The notes beneath the pieces were generated by a model, which ran no database searches, had not been told where the DNA came from, and saw only the letters and a list, made by a program, of their open reading frames with translations. Below are positions 39,046-49,582 of a stretch of DNA of 52,080 bases, in pieces (the stretch's first letter is position 1; each line of letters opens with the position of its first letter). This DNA comes from Limisphaerales bacterium (GTDB lineage Bacteria > Verrucomicrobiota > Verrucomicrobiia > Limisphaerales > UBA1100). The DNA is taken from NCBI GenBank assembly GCA_965659445.1, contig CBFHWX010000004.1, forward strand, positions 1 to 52,080, given 5' to 3'. A program made the translations under genes and the position numbers.

Positions 39046-40272
39046 GTGAAATTTTATGGCTTAGTAAATCTCGGGCTGACTCTGGCAGTCGGCATTTTTT
39101 GTTCGTGCGCGAAAAAGCCCAAGAAGGACCCCCTGAAGGTGACCAAGGCCGACGTGGCCAAGCCCGCGGCGGAAATTACCCAGGCGGCGGCAGAGAAATT
39201 TGGCAAGGACATGGATTTGGCCTTGCGGGATAACAACCCCATCCGGTTCCAGAAACTTTTGGATTTGGATGAGATATTTTACCGGATATTTCCTAAGGAA
39301 GTGGTGGATGGCAACCGGCAGCTGAGCGAGGCTAAGACTGGATGGGAGCCCGCAATTCAGCAGAGTGTCTACCAGAGTTTGGAAAAAGTCCGCGTGGAAT
39401 TTCTCCGGGCCGTCAAGGATGCCGACGGTATGAAGGCCCGATTCCGATTGGCGGGGCAGGGCGTGAATTACTGGGATATGCTGCTGGGCCGGAACGCGGC
39501 GGGGCAGGTTTGTTTCGTGGATTACCTTGATTATTCCTCGGGCGAATTTTTGAGCGACAGTCAGCGGCAGTTGATGCAGCAGATGTTACCGGGGTTGTTG
39601 TCCGGCTCGGGAACCCGCACCGATGTGGATCGGGAAATGCGTTCGATAAAAAAACTGGCGGAGATGGTGAACCTCATGCGAAGCGGACAGCACGCGAAAT
39701 TCCTGGATGAGTATGACCGGTTGGGCGCGGATTTGAAGCAACAGCGAACGATCATGAACTTACGAATCAGCGCGGCAAATCAGATTGCAGTTGCCGAACT
39801 CCAGCAGGGCAAAGCTGGTTTTGAAGTCTATACCAAGGCGGTCGACGAGTATCGGGTGGTCCACGCTACAGCGGCAAACATCGAACTGCTTTCGTTGGAT
39901 TATTATTTCTTTAAAAAAGAATATAAGAAAGCCATCGAAATAATCGATCAGCTTGAAAGGAGGGTTGGGGGAGATCCTTACCTGAACCTTCTCCGGGCGA
40001 ATATATATATTGTTTCTAAAGAAGCTGACCTTGCCAAAAAACATTTACGATCGGCAGTGGAATCCTGTCCGTGGGAGGCCAAGGCTTACCTCGCATTGAT
40101 GGGAATCGGCCTAAACGAAAAGAACTACTCGGAGGTAACGAGACTTATGATAGCACTGGAAAAGAACACTGAAGTCAAAATGGATATCAATTTCAATGGG
40201 GCTAAGGAGTTTGAGCCTTACCGTTCTTCACCGGAAATGACCAAGTGGAAGGCCCATAAACTGGCACAATAA
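39046..40272 (+). CDS. Hypothetical lipoprotein with C-terminal TPR-like helices
   Basis: Long ORF; signal/lipobox-like KFYGLVNLGLTLAVGIFCS-C; YKKAIEII, AKKHLRSAVE.CP TPR-like pattern; start uncertain (39007-39046). Confidence 0.7.
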   Translation: MKFYGLVNLGLTLAVGIFCSCAKKPKKDPLKVTKADVAKPAAEITQAAAEKFGKDMDLALRDNNPIRFQKLLDLDEIFYRIFPKEVVDGNRQLSEAKTGWEPAIQQSVYQSLEKVRVEFLRAVKDADGMKARFRLAGQGVNYWDMLLGRNAAGQVCFVDYLDYSSGEFLSDSQRQLMQQMLPGLLSGSGTRTDVDREMRSIKKLAEMVNLMRSGQHAKFLDEYDRLGADLKQQRTIMNLRISAANQIAVAELQQGKAGFEVYTKAVDEYRVVHATAANIELLSLDYYFFKKEYKKAIEIIDQLERRVGGDPYLNLLRANIYIVSKEADLAKKHLRSAVESCPWEAKAYLALMGIGLNEKNYSEVTRLMIALEKNTEVKMDINFNGAKEFEPYRSSPEMTKWKAHKLAQ

Positions 40273-40279
40273 CGACAAG

Positions 40280-41494
40280 TCAGTCGCCAGTGAGGTTTGC
40301 GCAAATGAGTTTCCCTCCGTTTCGGACATAGAGTTTGCCGTTGGCGAGGGCTGGATAGGCACGGACGGTGGCACCCATGAGCTGTACGCGGGCAGTGGGG
40401 CGGAAGGCGTTTGGTGAGGCGGGGCCGCGGACCAGTTCGCCACGCTCGGTGAGTACTAGCAGTTCCTTGCCTGCCAGCGTCACCGAACCGGCGCGCAGAC
40501 CGGGGAAGCTCCATTTCACTTTGCCGGTTTTCAATTCCACGCAACGCAGGTCGCAGCCGCGTTCCTGGCGGCCGTGAAAGCCGTAGAGATAGCCGTCGTG
40601 ATGCACCACGCTGGAGTAGTGGCAGGACAGGCTCTGGTCACCGCTCCAGACGGTCTTGGTTTTTTTGCCGTCTACCGCCAGCACGATCGCACCTTTGCCA
40701 TAGCTAGTGGAAACAAAGATGAGATTGCCCACGGCAACTGGGGTGCAAGCGTTTACACTGGCGTTCATGGCGGGGCGCCAGTTGTGGGAAAAATTTACTT
40801 TGCCGCTCGATGGTTCAGCAGAAACGATGCCTTCACGAGTAAAAAAAATCGCGTGTGGTTGATCATTAATTTTTGTGAGGATGGGCGAGGCATAGCTGGA
40901 TTTTTCCTCGGTAGCTTTCCAACGGATTTTTCCAGTTTGGGTGTCGAGTGCAATAATACCCGCAGACCGGCCGCCTATATTAATCAGGACATTCCTGCCG
41001 CTAACCAGCGGTGAACAGGCAAGGCCGAAGAAACCTTTTCCTGCCTCGAATTGTTTGCGTACATCCACCTTCCAAAGCACCTTACCAGTTGTGGCGTCGT
41101 TACATTTGATGAGGCCGTTTGCACCGAGCGTATACACGCGACCTGCGCTTATGGTAGGCACGGCGCGCGGGCCGTCATCAAAGCCAAAATCATCAACATA
41201 ATCTGCGGTGGACTGGGATTTCCATATTGTTTTCCCAGTGGTGGCATTCGCACATTCGAGCACTTCGCGTCCGGCGGTACGATGGAAAAGAAACAGCCGC
41301 CCATCTGCTACGGCTGGGCCGGCAAAGCCGCTGCCAATTTTCATGCGCCAAATTTCCTTGGGGCCTTCGGCAGGCCAAGTCGGGAGGCTTTTGCCTTGGT
41401 AGGACCCATCACGTCGAGGACCCAGAAATTGTGGCCAGTCTTCGGCGAATAGGGACATCGGGAGGATCAGCACTAGCACAAGAAATTGTCGCAT
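40280..41494 (-). CDS. Secreted PQQ-binding-like beta-propeller protein
   Basis: Signal peptide, EDWPQFLGPRRDG, repeated TTGK..W blades, YPALANGKLYVRN. Confidence 0.9.
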   Translation of the reverse strand: MRQFLVLVLILPMSLFAEDWPQFLGPRRDGSYQGKSLPTWPAEGPKEIWRMKIGSGFAGPAVADGRLFLFHRTAGREVLECANATTGKTIWKSQSTADYVDDFGFDDGPRAVPTISAGRVYTLGANGLIKCNDATTGKVLWKVDVRKQFEAGKGFFGLACSPLVSGRNVLINIGGRSAGIIALDTQTGKIRWKATEEKSSYASPILTKINDQPHAIFFTREGIVSAEPSSGKVNFSHNWRPAMNASVNACTPVAVGNLIFVSTSYGKGAIVLAVDGKKTKTVWSGDQSLSCHYSSVVHHDGYLYGFHGRQERGCDLRCVELKTGKVKWSFPGLRAGSVTLAGKELLVLTERGELVRGPASPNAFRPTARVQLMGATVRAYPALANGKLYVRNGGKLICANLTGD

Positions 41495-41543
41495 GCCCAA
41501 GCGTAGCAAAGTGGGCGAGTGATGAGTAGGGAATATTGAATGA

Positions 41544-41816
41544 TTACAACACCCACATGTAAACCAGTGCGCCGATGAGCCCGATGCCCACCAGCCACCA
41601 AAACCAGTGCAGACTGTGCGGAATGACTTCTAGTTTGTCCTCATCGAATTCGCGCTCGATAAATTCATCGTAATCGAAATCTTCTTCGGGAAGGTCAAGG
41701 CCCTGCTCATGAGCATTCTTGTGCCATCCGGTTTCCTTGTCAGCGCCGCACTCGGCGCAGGCGATGGCGTTGAGGGGAACGGCTGTGCCGCAGTTGGTGC
41801 AATACGCTGGTGGCAT
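41544..41816 (-). CDS. Small zinc-ribbon membrane protein
   Basis: CTNCG...CAECGAD..TGW, acidic FDYDEFIEREF, C-terminal TM helix. Confidence 0.8.
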   Translation of the reverse strand: MPPAYCTNCGTAVPLNAIACAECGADKETGWHKNAHEQGLDLPEEDFDYDEFIEREFDEDKLEVIPHSLHWFWWLVGIGLIGALVYMWVL

Positions 41817-42397
41817 TAACCCATGCCGGCGTATTCCTCGTCGGTCTTGAGATCCATTCCCATGAGAACGTAACCATGGTTGATGGCCTGTATATCCTGC
41901 ACATAATCTTCGAGTTCAACGAGATGGGTGAACCCAAGGAGAGCAAACATTTTTTGGCCGCCTTGCTGTTGGTCGATGAACTCGGCTTCAACCTTTTGCA
42001 GGCCTCCCATACGGGCGACATCGACTAGTTCTTGCACCAGTTTGCCAGCAATGCCTTTCTGTCTATATTTAGATAGCACACTGCAACTGATACGGCCAAT
42101 GTGGCGTTTCCATCCACCCTTGTTCTGGTGAAGTGTAGCAACGGCAACGATCTTTCCCTCATCAATTGCCAGTAAGGGGAGATTTACATCAAGAGTGATA
42201 TTTTCACACCAGCCCTTGATTACATCTGAATCAGTGACTCGATGTTTGAAGAACATCAGTTCCGGTTGGGGCAGGTTCTTGAAAAAACCGAGCAACCCTT
42301 TATCGTCACTGTTTTTAAGGGGGCGGATCTGCATTTCTACCCCGTCATCTGTTTTGAAGCTGGTCGCGATTTCTTTGAGTGCCAATTCGAATGACAT
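41816..42397 (-). CDS. GNAT family N-acetyltransferase
   Basis: IRPL..SD start, acetyl-CoA motif A V..KYRQKGIAGKL, FALLGF. Confidence 0.88.
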   Translation of the reverse strand: MSFELALKEIATSFKTDDGVEMQIRPLKNSDDKGLLGFFKNLPQPELMFFKHRVTDSDVIKGWCENITLDVNLPLLAIDEGKIVAVATLHQNKGGWKRHIGRISCSVLSKYRQKGIAGKLVQELVDVARMGGLQKVEAEFIDQQQGGQKMFALLGFTHLVELEDYVQDIQAINHGYVLMGMDLKTDEEYAGMG

Positions 42398-42438
42398 AAT
42401 AATAAATGTGTTGTTTGACGCGGAGGGCCGCGCTTGGG

Positions 42439-43260
42439 TTATTCCGTTTCAGATTCCGAGGTGGCCGGAAACAAGTCACCGGTGATCCCTGTGCTGGAGG
42501 CGAATACCTCGGGCTTGAGCGCGGCGGGGTTCAGGCTCCATCGCGCTGCTAGGCGGGAGATATTCTCCGTGTTGGTGTTTAGCCGGGGCATTTCCTGAAA
42601 TTCAATTTCTTCGATGGATTGGCCGTAGGGATAACAGGTCATCCCCAATACGGATTCTTCCGGAGTCAACTTGCCCTGATTCCAGAGTGTCTCGCCGCAC
42701 CACGCATAGGCGCGTTCAATTCTACCGGTGTGTGCGCGCACCCAGCAGTGGTGGTTCAGCGCGCGGTTCAGGCTGAAGAATTGCACGTGACCAAGGCGTT
42801 GGCTGATGTGATTAAGGAAATGAAAGCAGAAATCCACATCTTCTTCCGGCGCGGGCAGAGCCGGTCCCACAACGAGAATCCAGCCATTAACGGGCGGGGA
42901 AATGAACAGTCGCTCCACCCCAGCGATTGAGAAGCCTTTCTGCCACGAGCAGCGGCGAGGATTAGACAAGCCCAGCGTTTCCTGTACGGCACCAACATTG
43001 CCGCTACGAATGGCCAGCCATTGCTCGGGTAAATCCAAATTGTCCGGCTCCATTTTTTCAAAAGGCGGGCGGGCATGGTTGCTGTGCATGTTCATTCTTG
43101 TTATTTGGCGTTTAGCCAGAAAATAGAAACCAGTGGCTACCACAAGTATGCCTAGGAACAGACCGAGCATGACCAGAGCCACCCAATCTAATGGGCTCTC
43201 GCTGGCGGGAGACGACAACGCGCCAAACGCGCCCAACAGGGCGTGGGGGGGAGTGTGCAC
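42439..43260 (-). CDS. Hypothetical protein with N-terminal TM anchor
   Basis: 273-aa ORF with hydrophobic N-terminal helix and globular-looking Trp-rich domain (WLAIRS, FISPPVNGWILVVG, WNQG.LT.EE); start uncertain. Confidence 0.7.
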   Translation of the reverse strand: MHTPPHALLGAFGALSSPASESPLDWVALVMLGLFLGILVVATGFYFLAKRQITRMNMHSNHARPPFEKMEPDNLDLPEQWLAIRSGNVGAVQETLGLSNPRRCSWQKGFSIAGVERLFISPPVNGWILVVGPALPAPEEDVDFCFHFLNHISQRLGHVQFFSLNRALNHHCWVRAHTGRIERAYAWCGETLWNQGKLTPEESVLGMTCYPYGQSIEEIEFQEMPRLNTNTENISRLAARWSLNPAALKPEVFASSTGITGDLFPATSESETE

Positions 43261-43371
43261 GGAAAAAACTGTACACTAATCAGCCAAATGTTCAATCCAA
43301 AATACCTTGAGAGTTATATAATCGTATTCAAACAGCTTGCGCGATGGGGCTAAAAACGGTTTGATCACCTC

Positions 43372-44037
43372 ATGCTTTTCACCATGAAACAGGCTGTTTT
43401 TTCCATTTTTCTCCTCTCCAGTGTCATTATAAGCCGGGCAGAATCTACGATCCGGATAGCCTGTGTAGGTGATAGCATTACCTATGGTGCCACTATACGT
43501 GATCGTGCAAACAACTGCTACCCCAAGGTGTTGGGCGACTTGTTGGGGGGAAACTATACCGTACGTAATTTCGGTGTGAATGGTGCCACGTTGCTCAAAA
43601 ATGGTGATCGTCCGTATTGGAAACTCAAGGCTTTTAATGAGGTCACCAAGTTCGACCCCAATGTCGTTATCGTTAAGCTAGGCACCAACGACACCAAGCC
43701 GCAAAACTGGGGTAAAGTCGGTAAGGAATTTGAAACCGACCTTCGTGCGATGATCGCACATTTTCAGAAGCAACAGACCAAACCTGCCATCTACCTATGT
43801 TTTCCCGTTCCGGTTTACCAAACTCGCTGGGGTATCAATGAAAAGACCATGAAAAGTGCAGTTATCCCTGTCATCCTGAAGGTTGCCAAAGACACTCATC
43901 TGACTGTCATCGATCTCTATCAGGCACTCTCAAATAAGCCAGAAATGTTTCCGGACAAAATTCATCCCAATGCTGCCGGGGCAAGGGTGATGGCAAAAAC
44001 TATTTTCGCTATCCTAAAAAGAAACACTAGATCATGA
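43372..44037 (+). CDS. SGNH/GDSL esterase (acetylesterase-like), secreted
   Basis: Block I GDSITYG, II NFGVNG, III LGTND, V DKIHPN; signal peptide. Confidence 0.92.
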   Translation: MLFTMKQAVFSIFLLSSVIISRAESTIRIACVGDSITYGATIRDRANNCYPKVLGDLLGGNYTVRNFGVNGATLLKNGDRPYWKLKAFNEVTKFDPNVVIVKLGTNDTKPQNWGKVGKEFETDLRAMIAHFQKQQTKPAIYLCFPVPVYQTRWGINEKTMKSAVIPVILKVAKDTHLTVIDLYQALSNKPEMFPDKIHPNAAGARVMAKTIFAILKRNTRS

Positions 44038-47000
44038 GACTTATCTTTAGCGTCTTTGTTCTCGCACAAGTTTTCAGTGTGAGTTTCGTACGATCGGCTG
44101 CCTTCGAGCTCAAAGATGGTGACCGGGTTGCATTCCTTGGCGATGTATTTATCGAACGGATGCAGGAATATAATCACCTCGAACTTCGGCTTACTACTGC
44201 ATGGCCTGACCGTAATATCACCTTTCGCAACCTTGGCTGGAGTGGTGACACCCCACGTGGCGTGTCCCGGGCTGGACTGAGTTTGCAGCAAGCTGGTCGA
44301 GAATCGACTGATGAGGGGTGGAAACAACTTCAGAAACAGATCGCATTGGTCAAGCCCACCGTTGTCTTCCTTGGTTATGGTATGACTAGTTCGTTTGAAA
44401 ACCAGCCGGAGCAGTTTAGCAAAGACATGCGCTTGCTTAAGGTCGCCATCACCAAGGCTGCCGGTGCTTCTGTGCGCTTCGTTGTGCTCTCACCGTTGCG
44501 GCATGAAAACCTCGGTGGTAGTTTACCTGCCCCTTCCATGCACAATCGCCAGCTCGCCGCATATACCAAAGAACTGCGTGTAATGGCCAAGGCCGATGGT
44601 GATGTGTTTGTTTCGCTCTTTGATGCGCCGGCACTGGTGAATACCAAAAGACCTCTCACTGAAAACGGGATTCACCCCGTTGATCATGGTTACGCAGTTG
44701 TGGCTAAAGAGATTTGCCGTCAGCTCAATTTGAAGGAGCATGCGCGTTTAAAGGGCCCTGAGGCAACTAAGCTCCGTGCATTGATGGAACGCAAGAATCA
44801 GCTCTTCTTTGATCGTTCACGCCCACAAAACATGGCTTACATTTTCGGCTTTCGTAGACGTGAACAAGGTAAAAACGCCGTGGAAATTCCAAAGTTTGAT
44901 CCGCTCGTGATTGTGGAAGAAAAGAAGATTGCAGCTCGCCGCGATCTGGAACCTCGAGCCAATCTCAACGAGCCTAAATCGGTGCTGATTGAAAAGGTGA
45001 TTCTAAACCCGCAGCCGTTACCGAAGTTCGATACCTTGGAAGGCATCGAGGTCACGCTCTTTGCCGAGAACCCCTCGCTCGCCAAGCCAATTCAAATGAA
45101 TTTCGATCCACAGGGCCGTCTGTGGGTTGCCACCTCGGAGGTGTATCCTCAGGTGAAACCCGGTCAGATTGCCAATGACAAAATAGTGGTGCTGCAGGAC
45201 ACTGATGGTGATGGTAAAGCTGACCTGACCAAAGTCTTCGCCGAAGGCCTCCTTATCCCGAGCACCGTGGAGCCCGGTGATGGAGGTTGTTATGTTGGGC
45301 AAAGCACTGAACTGCTGCATTACAAAGACACCGATGGCGATGGGAAGGCCGATGAAAAACGCATCGTCCTTTCCGGGTTTGGCACCGAGGATACCCATCA
45401 CACTCTGCATACATTGCGGTGGGGTCACGATGGTCGTCTCTATTTCAACCAATCCATTTACATTCGCAGCCATCTTGAGACCCCGCACGGTGTCGTGCGT
45501 CTGAAAAGTGGTGGTGTTATGTGGTTGCGGCCGGACACACAGGAGGCCGGCATTCAATACCGCGGCTGGTGCAATCCGTGGGGCCACCACTTTAACCGCT
45601 TTGGTCAATCCTTTGTGACCGATGGTGCCGGCTTTCAGGGGGTGAGTTACGCCATTCCCGGCGCGATGTATTTCACCTACGCCGGCGGCCGACGCATTAT
45701 GGATAGTATCAGTCCTGGAAACTTTCCGAAATTCGCTGGGCTGGAAATCATGCGCAGCCCTCATTTCCCCAAGGAATTTCATGGGCAAGCCATCAGCTGC
45801 GATTTTCGTGCGCACCGTATTGTGAGGTTCAACCTCTCCGAAAACGGCGCCGGTTATGCCGCAGATCATATGGGAGATTTCATCCGCAGCAGTAGTGCGA
45901 GCTTCCGCCCTATCGATGTAAAGCAAGGCCCTGATGGCGCGCTCTATATCGCCGACTGGTCAAATCCGATCATTCAACATGGTGAGGTCGATTTCCGTGA
46001 CCCGCGTCGCGACAAAGTACACGGCCGCATCTGGCGCGTTACGTTCAAGGGTCGCAAACTTCAAAAGCCCCGCAATCTTACCCAGGAAAACAACACCGCG
46101 CTTTTCGACATGCTCTTAACTGATAATGCTTATGATCAAGCCAAGGCCCGCCGGGTATTGCACGAACGTGGTCGCGATATTTTAGTCGATTTAAAAAAGT
46201 GGCTCTCTCAACACGATGAAACCGAAAATGCTCAGCTCGAGGCGCTCTGGCTACATGAAGCTGTAAATGTTGTAAATGCCTCGCTGCTCATGCTCACGCT
46301 CGAAGCCAATGACGCCCGAGTACGCGCCGCAGCCATGCGAGTGCTCGCCCACTGGCATGATCGCCTCAACACCACCGAGCTCCACGCTGCCGCCGGCATT
46401 CGCGACGAACACCCGCGCGTGCGTCTCGAAGCCATGCGTGTGTTCGCAGAGATGAAGGATTCAACAGTTGCGCATCAGTATGCGCAGTATGCCCTGCAGG
46501 CGCTCGATCAGCCGATGGACAAGTTTCTAGACTATGGGCTTTGGCTTACCATGAATGACCTGGCTGAGCCGTTTGTGCGCGGCATGCAAAATGGAGCACT
46601 TAATTTTAAGGATAAGACCAGTCATGCCGAATTTGCCCTGCGCTCATTGCAGCCCGGTCAGGGCTCAGCGCTCATCAGTAAACTTGTGCGTCAGCGCAAA
46701 CTCCCCGCTGATGGTAAGGGCCCGCTCATCGAACTCATCGGTGCCGCCGGTGGGCCGGGCGAGCTTGCTATTCTTTACAAGCAACTTCGTGAAGGGGGCT
46801 TTGAACCCGGCGTTTACCCTCGTGTGTTGTCCTCTTTGGCGCGTGCCGCTTATTTGCGCAACGTGCGTCCGGTCGGCGATTTAACTGGGGTGGGTGACTA
46901 TCTGAAAATCAACGACGATGCCACGCGAAACTTTGCTGTGCAGCTCGCCGGAGCTTGGAAACGCGCTGAATTGGTCAAACCACTGCTCATCCTCGCCGCC

Positions 47001-48338
47001 GAAAGTAGCGGCGTAGCCTTTGATAGCCTTGTACAAATTCATGGTTCCCAAGCTCTGCAAGGCCTCAAGAAACTGGCCGGTGCCGACAAACCCATTACCA
47101 CTCGGCAATCTGCTGCTAGCGCCTTGGGCCGGATGAGTCTCAAGGGCTCGCTACCTGAAATCTTTGCAGTGCTAAAAGATACGCAAGACCCCGAAGCTGC
47201 GTTGAGTCTCTGGCGTGGATTGCTCGGAAGCAGGGGTGCGGGGAATGTCTTGGCCGATGGGGTTCGAGGTGTGCAATTGTCTAAATCCGTGGCTAATGCT
47301 GGTTTGCGCGCTGCGCGCGAAGGAGGGCGTAACGAAAAGGCGCTTATTGAATCTCTGGCGCGTTCGCAGAATATTTTGCTACTCACCAAACAAATGAATC
47401 CCGCCGAGCTCAAGGCCCTGGCCAAACGTGCCATGGCTGAGGGCGATCCTTTTGCCGGCGAAAAGGTTTACCGCCGGCAAACTCTCACCTGTACGGTGTG
47501 TCATGCGATCGGAGGGGCTGGAGGGAAAGTGGGGCCGGACTTCACCTCAATTGGGACCAGTGCCCAGCCTGATTATCTGATTGAGTCCATCCTTTATCCC
47601 AATCGAAAAATTAAGGAGGGGTATCACTCAGTAGTAATTGAGACCAAGGATAACCGATCACTGGTGGGCGTGCAGGTAAGAGAAACCGGTGCGGAAATCA
47701 TGCTACGAGATGCAGCTGACAAGCTGGTGTCCATCCCTCGCAACCAAGTCAGACGCAAGGTCAATGGCCAATCGCTTATGCCTCCGGGGCTCATTCTAAG
47801 TCTAACTGAGAAGGAGCAGTTGGATCTTTACCGTTTTCTGGCCGAACTAGGGAAGGCAGGGCCTTTTGATGCTACGAAAACTGGTGTGGCACGAACTTGG
47901 CGACTCTTGCCTGGAACTCACCGGGTTGAGCAATACGGTATCGAGAAGGTTGTGCAGGAAGGATTTGAGAAAAAATGGTCGAACCACGTATTGGGTGCAG
48001 GAAATAATGCCGGTTGGAAACTGGTGCCTACGCGAGTTAATGGGGATCTCCCCTCAGAGGATATTCAAACGACTGTGGCGGTGGGGCGTTATGTGGGTTT
48101 GGTGCACGTGTTTGCAGGCACCTACTTCGAGATGCAGAAGGCTGGTCCCGCGAAATTCAAACTGCCCGCCGGCACCAAGGCTGATGCGTGGATTGATGGG
48201 AAGCCTCTTGGACGAGCAAACAGTTTCAGTATTCGAGTGACGGCCGGTAAACACCGCATCGTTATCCGCCTCGACGCCAAGGCGCTGCCCAAGGTGCTAA
48301 GGCTTGAGTCCAAGGATGTGGCGTTTTTGAACGACTAA
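44034..48338 (+). CDS. PVC-type heme-binding CxxCH protein (SGNH-like domain, beta-propeller dehydrogenase-like domain, HEAT repeats, cytochrome c domain)
   Basis: PIQMNFDPQGRLWV, DTDGDGKAD repeats, GPDGALYIADW, HGRIWR, HEAT-like RVRLEA, CTVCH..GG.GG.VGPD, SLMPPGL. Confidence 0.9.
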   Translation: MRLIFSVFVLAQVFSVSFVRSAAFELKDGDRVAFLGDVFIERMQEYNHLELRLTTAWPDRNITFRNLGWSGDTPRGVSRAGLSLQQAGRESTDEGWKQLQKQIALVKPTVVFLGYGMTSSFENQPEQFSKDMRLLKVAITKAAGASVRFVVLSPLRHENLGGSLPAPSMHNRQLAAYTKELRVMAKADGDVFVSLFDAPALVNTKRPLTENGIHPVDHGYAVVAKEICRQLNLKEHARLKGPEATKLRALMERKNQLFFDRSRPQNMAYIFGFRRREQGKNAVEIPKFDPLVIVEEKKIAARRDLEPRANLNEPKSVLIEKVILNPQPLPKFDTLEGIEVTLFAENPSLAKPIQMNFDPQGRLWVATSEVYPQVKPGQIANDKIVVLQDTDGDGKADLTKVFAEGLLIPSTVEPGDGGCYVGQSTELLHYKDTDGDGKADEKRIVLSGFGTEDTHHTLHTLRWGHDGRLYFNQSIYIRSHLETPHGVVRLKSGGVMWLRPDTQEAGIQYRGWCNPWGHHFNRFGQSFVTDGAGFQGVSYAIPGAMYFTYAGGRRIMDSISPGNFPKFAGLEIMRSPHFPKEFHGQAISCDFRAHRIVRFNLSENGAGYAADHMGDFIRSSSASFRPIDVKQGPDGALYIADWSNPIIQHGEVDFRDPRRDKVHGRIWRVTFKGRKLQKPRNLTQENNTALFDMLLTDNAYDQAKARRVLHERGRDILVDLKKWLSQHDETENAQLEALWLHEAVNVVNASLLMLTLEANDARVRAAAMRVLAHWHDRLNTTELHAAAGIRDEHPRVRLEAMRVFAEMKDSTVAHQYAQYALQALDQPMDKFLDYGLWLTMNDLAEPFVRGMQNGALNFKDKTSHAEFALRSLQPGQGSALISKLVRQRKLPADGKGPLIELIGAAGGPGELAILYKQLREGGFEPGVYPRVLSSLARAAYLRNVRPVGDLTGVGDYLKINDDATRNFAVQLAGAWKRAELVKPLLILAAESSGVAFDSLVQIHGSQALQGLKKLAGADKPITTRQSAASALGRMSLKGSLPEIFAVLKDTQDPEAALSLWRGLLGSRGAGNVLADGVRGVQLSKSVANAGLRAAREGGRNEKALIESLARSQNILLLTKQMNPAELKALAKRAMAEGDPFAGEKVYRRQTLTCTVCHAIGGAGGKVGPDFTSIGTSAQPDYLIESILYPNRKIKEGYHSVVIETKDNRSLVGVQVRETGAEIMLRDAADKLVSIPRNQVRRKVNGQSLMPPGLILSLTEKEQLDLYRFLAELGKAGPFDATKTGVARTWRLLPGTHRVEQYGIEKVVQEGFEKKWSNHVLGAGNNAGWKLVPTRVNGDLPSEDIQTTVAVGRYVGLVHVFAGTYFEMQKAGPAKFKLPAGTKADAWIDGKPLGRANSFSIRVTAGKHRIVIRLDAKALPKVLRLESKDVAFLND

Positions 48339-48361
48339 ATTCGGGCCGTAATAAAACCTTC

Positions 48362-49531
48362 GTGATGTTTTTCCTCTTCGTCTTTGTTGTCCTAAGTATC
48401 ACCTATTCTTGGGTAGGTTGGCGGCTGGTAGCGCCATTGCAATCAGACTCTGGCTGGCGTTGGATTATCATTGGATTGTTGGTTTTTCACTTCATATCAG
48501 TCTTTGTCAGCTTTGCCATCTTGCGAAGCCTTGGCCCAGGAGGCTGGGCAGCTCCGTTATATTGGGTGGCATATGGTGGGATGGGTTTATTTTCACTGGT
48601 GTTCACGGGAATGGTTGTTGCTGAGACTGGGTTGCTCACAGTGAGAGTAAAAGATAGTTTTACCGACACAAAAATTATTCCCGAGGATGAGGATCGCCGT
48701 CTTTTTTTAAGGCGATCAGTGAACCTTGGGGTGCTCGGTCTTGCAGGTGTTGCGGGAGCCTTTGGTGTTTGGCGGGCACGTCGACATCCCACGGTAGTAG
48801 AGATCCAAGTACCGATAGAAAATTTGCCGGCCGAATTAGAAGGCTATCGCATCGCGCAAATATCTGATCTTCATCTCGGACCAACATTGTCACGGGCATT
48901 TATGAGTCGCGTTGTGAAGGCGGTTAATGGTTTGAAATCGGACATGGTGGCAGTCACCGGTGACCTTGTGGACGGTTCAACCCGTCACCTCGCCGAACAC
49001 GTTGAGCCACTTACAGATCTTGATAGCCCAGATGGCACATTTTTTGTTACTGGCAATCACGAATATTATTCAGGCGCCGAGTCGTGGTGTCGCACCCTCA
49101 CCGGGCTTGGTCTCAACGTGCTCAACAATGAGCATTCGATCATTGAACGAGGTCAGGCACGTTTGTTGGTTGCGGGTGTTACTGATTATCGTGCCCATAA
49201 TATTCTGCCAGCGCATCGTTCTGATCCTGATGCTGCCATGAACAACGCACCGCAGTGTGATGCCAGTGTATTACTTGCTCATCAGCCCAGTTCTTGTTTC
49301 GCAGCGGAAAAACATGGCTTCGATCTCCAGCTTTCAGGTCACACACACGGTGGACAGTTTTTCCCGTGGAACTTTGTTGTCGGTCGATTTCATCCTTTTG
49401 TACGGGGTCTTAATGCTTGGGGCAAAGGTTGGGTGTATGTCAACCGAGGCACTGGCTATTGGGGCCCTCCCATGCGCATTGGTGTTCCTTCGGAAATTAC
49501 GCTGTTAGTGCTAAAGCGTAAGTCCAGTTGA
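48362..49531 (+). CDS. Membrane-anchored metallophosphoesterase (YkuE/YaeI-like)
   Basis: DLH, GDLVD, GNHEYY, LAHQP, SGHTHGGQ motifs; N-terminal TM helices. Confidence 0.92.
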   Translation: MMFFLFVFVVLSITYSWVGWRLVAPLQSDSGWRWIIIGLLVFHFISVFVSFAILRSLGPGGWAAPLYWVAYGGMGLFSLVFTGMVVAETGLLTVRVKDSFTDTKIIPEDEDRRLFLRRSVNLGVLGLAGVAGAFGVWRARRHPTVVEIQVPIENLPAELEGYRIAQISDLHLGPTLSRAFMSRVVKAVNGLKSDMVAVTGDLVDGSTRHLAEHVEPLTDLDSPDGTFFVTGNHEYYSGAESWCRTLTGLGLNVLNNEHSIIERGQARLLVAGVTDYRAHNILPAHRSDPDAAMNNAPQCDASVLLAHQPSSCFAAEKHGFDLQLSGHTHGGQFFPWNFVVGRFHPFVRGLNAWGKGWVYVNRGTGYWGPPMRIGVPSEITLLVLKRKSS

Positions 49532-49582
49532 ATAGAAAATCTCCACTACTTATGGTGATTCACCGTACGATTTTAAAGACGC

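Noticed and set aside
48695-48780. Internal twin-arginine-like RRLFLRR motif in the metallophosphoesterase
   Set aside because: Common in this membrane-anchored family as I recall it; not distinctive
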